Assembly: GCF_964204645.1 (NCBI RefSeq)
Contig: NC_134027.1
Span: 9,580,485-9,644,484 of the forward strand
Source: Tubulanus polymorphus
Lineage: Eukaryota; Animalia; Nemertea
Direction: 5' to 3'
Length of the DNA: 64,000 nt
Below are positions 54,501 to 64,000 of this stretch, in pieces. The position numbers and the translations under genes were made by a program. Every line of letters begins with the position of its first letter. Position 1 is the first letter of the stretch. The notes beneath the pieces are model-generated. The model saw only the letters and a program-made list of their open reading frames with translations. It did no database searches and was not told the DNA's origin.

Positions 54501-57500
54501 ATTATTTCAGTTCATCAATCAGTATGTCGGGTGCAGTGAAAATCCTCTTTATCGAGAGGTATGGTATGCTTGATTAAGAAAATTCTGCCTGTTGTGTGGT
54601 TAATTTGGGTTTTACTGATGAGCATAACCCTGTATTCGTTTTTGATTTGTTTAGCTCGGCATGTTCGTATTGAGCAAGGTAACAGGAGTCGCCGATGATA
54701 AACTGAAGCCCCAGTTGATACATCTAGCAACTTTGTTTTCAAAAACACTAGAGGATAGCCAGAACCCAATGGTTCCGTACTACTCTGTTTTGTAAGTTAT
54801 CGATTTATACTTCCAGTAACTTGAAGCTAACTGATTCTCCTAGTCCATAATGTATAATGATGTTTTGGCTACTTTTTTCATGTTTATAATGTGAACTTCG
54901 AATATTTCAAACAGGGCATTGACACATTTGGTTGCTAATGTCGGAACTGAAGAGGTGGTATGTATTTGGGAATCGGATCAAAATGATTTTTGCACTTTCC
55001 CTAGCAGTCAGGAAATGAATCGGCTGATTTTTTTTTCTTTTGATTTTCTAGGGCAAATATCAAGTATTGATACCAAAAGTTTTGCAAGTTATCGCGCATT
55101 TGCTTCATACTGACGAGGTATGCAGTAATGATGAATTTATCAAGTTTGATTATTACTACAGTACCCTACACTGTGCATTTCCTTATTACAACATACCGAT
55201 ACTGTATGCGTACTATTTTGTTCAATCATGAGATAAAAAACGTCCGTACTGATATGTGCATGTAATATATAGATAGATGGTTATTGTGAAGAAGAAAGAA
55301 AGGTAGCTGTTCGGGCTTTCTCTTTAGTGTGGTCTCCACACGGACATTTCTGTTAGAATATTATAGTTTTCATGTTTTCGTTCATATTTCTTGTTGTATC
55401 GTGCCTCATTTCCTATTGCTACTGTTTTTACCGATGTCGATATGCCTGTAAGTTATACTGTAACATTTCCATTTAGCTCTTTTCAAATTGCAGGATAAAG
55501 CGTGCGAGGCATTGGAGTTGTTCGATGAACTTATCGAATGCGACGTCTCTATCGTCGGACCGCATGTGAAAACGATCGTTGAATTTTGCATCCAGGTAGG
55601 GCTCTGGGACCCGAACAAATGTGTGTTCAAACTTAAAAAATTATTTTGCTTGATCCTAGTGATTGTAAGTGCTGAGACACGTGATTCCGTCGTTTATTTT
55701 CAGATTTCTGTCAATGCTCAATATGGGGACAATATACGCGTCAAGGCGATGTCATTTATGTGCTGGTTAACAAGATTGAAGAAAAAGGTAGAATATTTGG
55801 AAAAAATTTTTTTCATGTTTTGAAAAATATAGAACTTCCATGTCGGCAAAAAGCCATAACTATTATTATAATAGTTATGGCAATTAGCAAGTACATGTAG
55901 CTAGATTGAAATTTATTTGATTTACATAAATTTCAATCTAGCTACATGTACTTGCTAATTGGTGTCGATTACATCAAATCGGACAAATACTGGGCACAGT
56001 ATTTTGTAATTGCTTTAAAACTTCGATAATATGCAAAATTTGTATAGTATACACGTTTTTCTCTAAATTGTAGGCGATTTTAAAACACAAACTTGTTTCG
56101 CCAATTATAGAAGCAGTTTTCCCTGTTATGTGTTGTCCACCTGTAGATAATGCTGATGATGACGATGATGATGATGACGATGATGAAGAGGGTGCTGCCA
56201 GTTACGCTGCTCAGGTAAGAACTTTTGAATAATAAAGCCCTGATATGAAAAACCAGGATCTGTAGAGTGATTATTAGTAACTGTTAATTACACTTCATGT
56301 CACACTTCCAGGTGCTTGATACGCTTGCATTGCATATTCCGCCAGAAAAAGTTCTGCCAAAAGTGGTAAGTGCAGAATTAGAATGATTGAAATTTTGTTG
56401 TGATATTTTACGCTGTGAAATAACCGTATCATATATGATATTAGCTACACCTTGTGCAACCGGCATTGGTACATTCAGACCCATACCATCGGAAAGCTGC
56501 ATACCTGGCAATGGCAGTCATGGCAGAAGGCTGTTCTGAAAATATCCGCAACAAGTGAGCCCGGTTACTATTTTTGTAGAGAAATGTATGGTGATGCGTT
56601 GATTCCGATCTAAATTGGCTTAATGCTTCTTTACAATAGATATCTGACCACAGTTGTCCAGTGCTTGCACAGAGGAATGCAGGACCCCAGTCAACTGGTG
56701 CAAGAAGCAGCTCTCTTCTCTTTAGGACAATTTTCCGAGCATTTAGAGGTATATAAATGATGTTAAGTTGAAATGTTACTGCAATGGTCTGCACTTGTTC
56801 ACTTTGTTGTCCTAATCTGTGCATTATTGTGATCTTTAGCCGGATATTTGTAAGTTTGCGCCTGAAATTTTGCCACTGTTGTTTGCAAGTCTTGAGCAGC
56901 CGCGGGCGTTGGAAAAAAAACAGAGCATATCTATATTGAGCAAAACGTACTACGCGTTAGAAATGTTCTGCGAAAATATGGGTAAGTCGAAGATTGAGTT
57001 AGATTTACACGAGATGAGTTCGAACAAAATTTTGAATCCCGATATCATTTTCGATTCATATCGTTCAAAATTTTAATGGTTTATTTCCTTATGTAGGTAA
57101 AGATATCTTGCCATATCTGTCAAAACTGATGGAACGACTGCTGTTGAACTTATCACCAGACGGTTCTAAGCGCATTATTGAGTTAACAATCAGTGCCATT
57201 GCTGCAATCTGTAAGTGAACTTCGAAATCATATTCTGAATTTCGTATGGGGTGAGATAATACACACTCCTCTGTGTATCACATAATTAATACACATTTAT
57301 ATTCACATGAAAGAATGATATTTCAGCTAATGCTGCCAAGACAGATTTCCTGCCATATTTTACCGCGACAGTTGAAAAGTTGAAGGTTTTTCTCATGGTT
57401 CCGCATTCGGACGAATATTTACCGCTCAAAATACAAGCAATTGGTAGGTGTTGATGTTCACAAAAATAATGGGTCTACACCCAGAAGTAGATGACTGCAA

Positions 57501-60500
57501 TAATATGTACATTGTCAATACTATTCGGTATTTAAGATACTCTGGGTGTTCTCGCGCGTACAGTTGGCGAGCCTTTCCTACCATTAGCGGATGAGTGCGT
57601 TCACCTAGGACTCAAGTTGGTCGATGAAATTCCTGATCCTGATTTGCGACGATGCGTGTAAGTATCCGACTGATGGCAATCGATGATCTACAAACGGCAA
57701 ATGCCCTTATAGTATACCTGGGTGCTCGAATGATTACGCTAAGACTTAAGAGTGTAGCATGTTTTCAATTTAGATATGGTTTGTTCGCGGCGATTTCAAC
57801 ATTGCTGAAAGAGAATATGGCTCAGTACTTGACGAGCATGGTTCCCTGGATGATTGATTCTGTGAAATCAACTGAAGGCGTAACGGTAAGAATATCTAAA
57901 ATGTTTTGCTTGGCGATAATTTCATTCGCTTCAAAATTCATGTTCCAAGTAAATCATGACAAATAATAAGTACGAATAGAAATCCAAATCATGACCTAGT
58001 ACCGGTATTATCATGAACAACAACGTATACTGGTTACTAGAATAAATCCTGCTCCTGCACGTATTAAGATTCATAATAAGTTTAAAACCTGCTTTGTATA
58101 TATATGAAGATTTAAAAACGAATAACTATGTGTATTTTGATCTTAATTCTTGTTGAATATGATAATCTTTTGAATTCTGTATATAGTGGGTTTTATACTT
58201 ATTATCTGTTCTCCTCTTCATATACGTATATTTACATTCTGTGTAAGGTTCATTACGGAAATGAAGAGGAGCATAAGTATCAACTCTTTGACGATGATGA
58301 CGATGAGGAAGACATCGGTGAAGAGGATGAAGATGATGATGTTCAAGGGTAAGAATGGCTGAGAAAATTTATCCTAAAACTGTAGGACAAGATTCAGGAC
58401 TTAAGCTCATGGTAACAAGGGTATAGTCTGAATACCAGACAATGTAGGGGTTCCCTACAGCGTGCATTTCGGCCCGAGACTAGTTATGGCTAGATACTAG
58501 ACTAACTTGGGTATTGTTAATGTTTTTGCAGGTACAGCGTAGTGAATGCATTTCTTGAAGAAAAAGAAGATGCTTGCACATCTTTAGGGGAAATTGCTCT
58601 AAATTCTGGGTAAGGTTCATTCACTTCAGATTTCTTAATCTGCCAGTATTTTGTGAGTTTCCTTCCCGTGATATGAATAATGCATGCCTGTCATTAGATT
58701 TCATGAACGAAATAGACCATAGTTGAAGTGTTTATCATGCGTATTTCATATGTTTGTATTATTCAACTTTACAGAGCAGCATTTTTGCCGCATTTAGAAA
58801 GCACCTACTTAGAAGTGAGTAAGCTGTTGGATTATCCAGCCTCGAATATACGTAAAGGGGCTGCGATAGCTATCGGCAATTATCTACAATTCATGGGAAA
58901 ATCTGAAAATCCTGAAATTCAAATGAGTAAGTTTACTTAATTACTGCTTTATCTCCGGAATTTCTGAATTTTGTCGAGTGAAAGCATGATTCGTTCAAAA
59001 TGAAATGATCACGTTTTTTGTAGAGCATCTATTATTGACTGTTTCTTGAAGTTTTAACTAAATGAAATAGACTAGACCCATTTTGTACGAGACAATATGC
59101 TACTTGCCTATTTAGAATATCAGTTTTATGTTGGCATTGTTTTCATTTAAAGAACAAGCCGAGATGATGAATTTGTCCATACCGAAACTAATAGAGATTG
59201 TCAAAACCGATTCGGACCGACTTGTCGCAATGACGACTCTCGAAGCCATCAAAGAGTTTCTAGATGCTGATATAATGCAACCAGGCCAGCAGACAGAGTT
59301 ATTGAGTATGATAGCTGCCTGCGTGAAAGATGTCATTCAAATGAAGGTATGAATACATATGGCATCCCTGATATTTAATTGTTATCCTGCTCAATAAGCC
59401 TAGGTGACCTTTGGAATTTAAAATTCAGGCTGCTGGCTCCATGTACACAAATGTACCAAATGGGAATAAACCCGTCTGATATAAAGCCAATCACAATATT
59501 TTAGGGTAAATAGGTTAGAATATTGGCTTTTTGGCTTCATATGCAAGGATTATTACTGGTATTATGATTCATGATTAAAGATTTTATTCACAGATCAGTT
59601 GTCAGCAATATAGTGATGATGCCGATGATCCGGAGTTGGAAGATGATGAAGCGGAGTATGACACGATGTTGATCGAATACGCCGGTGATATCTTACCTAA
59701 TCTAGCCAAACTAGTCAACTACGAACAGTTCAATCCATACTTCCGACAAATCATACCGGAACTCAAGAAAAGATTGGTATGTATCACGCTATTACACAAA
59801 AATGAGATGGTTGTCCGAAAAGGTCAATTTGGGTCTTCATCTGATTTAGGGTTTTGAGTAGACCCATCTTCAGCCCAAAAACTGGCCCTGTCAGAATCAA
59901 GATGGCCGACTGGCAGCCATTATTGTTCGCCAAAATCAGCACTTTTTACACATTTTTGAACTTTTTGAGGGAAATTTTGAAGACGCTTTGACCAATTAGC
60001 TTGATCTTTCGGATATATGTGAATCCCCCCAGGGCCCATCAACATAACAAAAATTAGGTCGATCAGACTCAAGATGGCCGTCCTATGACCTTCTCAGTGC
60101 CCAAAAATGTTAATTTTGGCCCAAATCCTGAGTCCTGTAGCTTCCTACTGGTTTGCCATTTCTCATTGCAATTTGTGATGGGTATTCTTTGGAAAGGGAT
60201 GTTTTATACCTGAGACAGGTATTTTTCATCAGCCAATTATGACGCAATTGGCGGCCATCTTGGTGTCACCAGTACTCATTCGTAAGTGGGAAAAAGTTTT
60301 TCCACATTATATTGATACCTAAGCATATTTTGCTACCACAATCAATTAGAAAGTTGTAGCTCATAATGTGTTCTATAATTGTGGTGAGTTTCAAGGTAAT
60401 TGGATTTCGTATATGGCCACCAGGGGGCGTTGAATAATACAATATCTTCGCATTTCTCTATTATATTCGTACCTATGCATATTTTATAACCACAATCAAT

Positions 60501-63500
60501 TGGAAAGTTGTAGCTCATGACATCATCTATGATTGGTGCGAGTTTTAAGGACATTAGTTTTTCTATATGGTCACCAGGGGGCGTTGAATAGTAGAATAAC
60601 TTAGTATTTCCTTATTATATTGGTACCTAGGCATATTTTGTTACCATGATCAATTGCAAAGTTGTAGTTCATGACATGTTCTATGATTGTGGTGAGTTTC
60701 GAGGTCATTGGGTTTTGAATATGGTCACCAGGGGGCGTTGAATAGTAGAATAACTTAGTATTTCCATATTAAATTGGTAACGAGGCATATTTTGTTATCA
60801 CAATCAATTACAAAATCGTAGCTGCTGACATGCTCTATGATTGTGGTGAGTTTCAAGGTCATTGGTTTTTGTATATGGTCACCAGGGGGCGTTGAATATT
60901 GAAATTGTTAGATTGTTGAGCATTTGGAACCACTTCCCAAGTGGGCATGGTGTCCCTGGACCCCTAGTTAGCCCACTTGGGACTTAAGTCCCAGCGGGCT
61001 ATTGCGTTCACTTTTCGTCCGTCCGTCCGTCCGTAGACGGAATCCAGTTATTTTGGGTAGTTTTGAAGACGCTTCAAGGTAATGTCTTGATATTTGGTTT
61101 ATACATGTATCTACCCTAGACACATCTTCAGCCCAAAAACTGGCCCTGTCAGAATCAAGATGGCCGACTGGCAGCCATTGTTGTTCGCCAAAATCAGCAC
61201 TTTTTTCACGTTTTTGAGGGAAATTTTGAAGATGCCTTGATCAATTACCTTGATCTTTCGTATGTATTTGAAACCCCCCAGGGCCCATCAGCATAACAAA
61301 AATTGGGTTGATCAGACTCAAGATGGTTGTCCTAGGACCTTTTAAGTGCCCAAAAATGTTAATTTTGGCCTGAATTCTGAGTCCTGTAGCTTCCTACTGG
61401 TTTGCCATTTCTCATTGCAATTGCTGATGGGTATTCTTTGGAGAGGAATGTTTTATACCTAAGACAGGTATTTTTGATCAGCCAATTATGACGCAATTGG
61501 CGGCCATCTTGGTGTCATCAGTACTCATTTGTAGGTGTGAAAAAGTTTTTCGACATTATATTGATACCTAAGCATATTTTGTTACAACAATGAATTAGAA
61601 AGTTGTAGCTTATAACGTGTTCTATGATTGTGGTGAGTTTCAAGTTCATTGGTTTTTGTATATGGCCACCAGGGGGCGTTGAATGATACAATATCTTAGT
61701 ATTTCTAAATTTTATTTGTACCAATACATATTTTGTTACCACAATCAATTGCAAAGTTGTAGCTCATGACATCGTCTATTATTGTGGTGAGTTTTAAGGA
61801 AATTAGTTATTCTATATGGTCACCAGGGGGCGTTGAATAGTAGAATAACTTAGTATTTCCATATAAAATTATTTTTTTATCACAATCAATTACAAAATTG
61901 TAGCTGCTGACATGTTCTATGATTGTGGTGAGTTTCAAGGTCATTGGTTTTTGTATTTTGTCACCAGGGGGCTTTAAATATTGAAATTATTAGATTGTTG
62001 AGCATTTGAAACCACTTCCCAAGTGGGCATGGTGTCCCTGGACCCCTAGTTATATCTGGAGAGTGGTTTTTTAGGAAAATATTAACATGTTTTAACTTAG
62101 TCTTTATACTTGATGATTAATTGCCAGCACTGTCATAGGACACAATGCATATGGAAATGAGGTTACCCAGTGTTTCCTCAGGGAGTTCCATCTAAGTTAT
62201 CAAACATTTCACTTGGCGTTGAATATTGTTGAAATTGTCAGATTGTCGAGCATACTTCCATGGTATTCTTGAACCCTTAGTTATTTTGAGGATTTGTGCC
62301 TTTCAACCCAATTGCTGTGTATCATTGCAGAAAAAGAATTCAACGATTTCGGAGAAATCATTTGCGATCGGCGTGATCGGAGAAACGGCAGACGCATCGC
62401 CGGCTGTGGCAGAAACGTTCTTATCGGATTTGATGCCGTTGATAAATGCAGCGATCAGCGATGAGGACGATGAAGTTAGAAGCAATGCTGCGTATGCTCT
62501 GGGCGTGGTCACTGCCAACGCTGGACAAGTTATGTATTCGTATCCTTTTGTTTCAAAAATATGTTCTACTTCAAAGTAAAATTTTGTTACGATTTTGTTA
62601 TCCCAATCTGAAATGATAAAAACGGTTTTCTAGTATTTAAGAAATCGTAATAACAATTGATGGATTGTGATTTTTCAGCGTGCAGCTTTATGGTCCTATC
62701 TGGGCATGAAATCCTTTTCTATCCTTGTAAGCATTGCGTTGTATACCACTGAATTTTTCTTGATCAACACATCAGGAAATATCCGAAGGTGCTTCATCAG
62801 TTGATTGGCATTCTGCAAAAAGAAAGCAATGTACGCGTTGTAGACAATTGTTGTGCCGCAATGTGTCGGCTGATCATGGCTAATTTTGATGCCGTACCAA
62901 TTAATGAGGTCAGTTCTAGCCTTTCACCATCTTTGATCAATCTCATATCCGAGACGCTCAATAAATATGATGATTGATATTTGTAGGTATTACCGATAGT
63001 AACGTCTTGTCTACCATTGAAAGAAGATTTTGAGGAGAACAAAACAGTTTTTACTTGCCTTTGGAAACTATTTGAAGCTGACCATTCGTCTGTAAGTTGA
63101 TGTTCTAAGCTGTTTTTTATCATGGCATCTGCAATTGAGTTACCGGTACATCTTAAAAGGTTTATTACTCATCACAAGGAATTATTTCCTATTTTCTTTG
63201 CAGATTAAGGGTGAACTTCCAAAGATATTCACAGCGATTGCCCATGTCTTGCAGACTGATCAAATAAAGCTAGGTTAGTCATATCAGTATGTAATCATCA
63301 TATGTAAACTGTAGTTGTTCATGTTTCCGAAGTCCGAGGTACATTTCAATGCATCCATCCATAGAAAAACCTTGGTACTATATATCATCATGAATGTATG
63401 TATCAATGGTAATTCACATTCCTAAAAATTTGTATTTTAGATACTCAAGAAGTTCTTGTATTGATGGTTCGTACAGCACATCAGCGTCTGCCCGAACATC

Positions 63501-63568
63501 TAACATCGTTTATAGCTTCCTTCCCAGCAGATGGTGCTGCTAAACTACAAGCTTGTCTCCAAATATGA
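51591..63568 (+). CDS. IPO4: Importin-4 (HEAT-repeat karyopherin beta), about 29 exons
   Basis: MAASLENVLKQLLIPNNSIIQQ|ATQQIKEAFKDPSVVPAL...SADPQ|VRNYAGVLLRRK; QVLDTLALHIPPEKV; MAEGCSE; FSLGQFSEHL; YALEMFCENMG; acidic loop then VVNAFLEEKEDAC; AEYDTMLIEYAGD; SEKSFAIG; DEVRSNAAYALG; VVDNCCAAMCRLI; LPLKEDFEE. Confidence 0.93.
51812..53285. mobile_element. 1.47-kb non-autonomous element with about 100-bp TIRs in IPO4 intron 1
   Basis: CAGTCAGGAACACTTTCCAAAAA..GCTTATTCTGCCAATTTCGGCGTTTTCCGCCAAT.. is mirrored at 53185-53285. No TSD recognised and no transposase ORF. Confidence 0.8.
55853..55961. repeat. Two abutting inverted repeats in an IPO4 intron
   Basis: A 29-bp near-palindrome (55853-55881) followed by perfect 36-bp arms with a 9-nt loop (55881-55961). 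Confidence 0.9.
59859..60969 (+). mobile_element. HINE/DINE-1-like non-autonomous Helentron, 5'-truncated copy with four 154-bp internal repeats
   Basis: Homologous to 61117-62051; ends CAAGTGGGCATGGTGTCCCTGGACCCCTAGTT. Confidence 0.75.
60968..62051 (+). mobile_element. HINE/DINE-1-like non-autonomous Helentron, complete copy with three internal repeats
   Basis: 5' subTIR TTAGCCCACTTG, nearby inverted CAGCGGGCTA, (GTCC)n microsatellite, central tandem array, 3' subTIR CAAGTGGGC, short GTCC/GGAC hairpin and CTAGTT end. Confidence 0.8.
62540..62775 (+). other. U12-type (minor spliceosome) GT-AG intron in IPO4
   Basis: Donor GTATCCTTTT; branch-like TTTTCTTGAT about 12 nt before the AG; no pyrimidine tract next to the AG; removal restores the frame (VMYS-KYPKVL). 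Confidence 0.8.
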
Positions 63569-64000
63569 TTGAATATTTAAGGTTTGAATGATACTTTTGA
63601 TAAAAAAAAAGTTATTTTGGAGTTTCGAAGTTAATTTAATGGTTTCTACTTCATCGAATGTAGTACGTTGTTTTTGTTCAAGATTTGAATCGAACTATAA
63701 TTGGTCTGTTAAGTAGGTGATTATCACGATTCTAATTTCGCTAAAGCATGGTGTTTTCAAAGGCAGTTGAATCTAGTTTGTCTTCCTACCTGACCACTTA
63801 TAAACCTCGAGTTGTGTTTTGAAAATGATGTTCTTGTATTATGAAAGTTTTAATAAAAACTAGTCATTATTTATAGAAAATTAAAGATTTTGTTATTGTT
63901 AATGATTGGCTCGCAAAGTGAAAATTTTTCAACTGTAAAAATTCCCTTTAACCAAACGTTTGATGAGTATTTATTAAATGTGCCTTCTGCAGCACTATCC

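Noticed and set aside
55128-55252. Possible C/D snoRNA (ATGATGA...CTGA) in an IPO4 intron
   Set aside because: It starts about 10 nt from the donor, the terminal stem is weak, and there is no recognisable rRNA-complementary guide.
60330-61990. Regularly spaced repeats as a CRISPR-like array
   Set aside because: Whole 154-bp units are homologous (no unique spacers), the context is a eukaryotic intron, and there are no cas genes.

Overview
This is eukaryotic, AT-rich, gene-dense animal DNA with short GT-AG introns. An invertebrate, probably lophotrochozoan, origin is inferred from gene content. The ORF track uses prokaryotic start codons and mostly shows exon fragments or noise. Genes reconstructed by manual splicing, in order: the 3' end of a calbindin/calretinin-like EF-hand gene (+), a RabX6-like small GTPase (-), an M14A carboxypeptidase (+), SMIM15 (+), an intronless PRRT3/4-like multi-pass membrane protein (+), PSMA5 (-), three intronless LicD/fukutin-family genes (two intact, one pseudogene), a recent 1.7-kb tandem duplication of an intronless class-A GPCR (second copy frameshifted), TRMU/MnmA (+), CAPZA (-) and importin-4 (+, about 29 exons, head-to-head with CAPZA). 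Non-coding DNA carries many non-autonomous DNA transposons (hAT-, P-, piggyBac-, PIF- and Tc1-type MITEs and Helentron/HINE elements). The most notable observations are a tandem HINE-type element in an IPO4 intron carrying seven near-consensus CTCF motifs mostly at exact 154-bp spacing plus YY1-like motifs, a U12-type intron in IPO4, the LicD and GPCR birth-and-death clusters, and several near-perfect hairpins. No rRNA, intact tRNA, CRISPR array or autonomous transposase was found. Exon boundaries were read by eye and may be off by a few bases.
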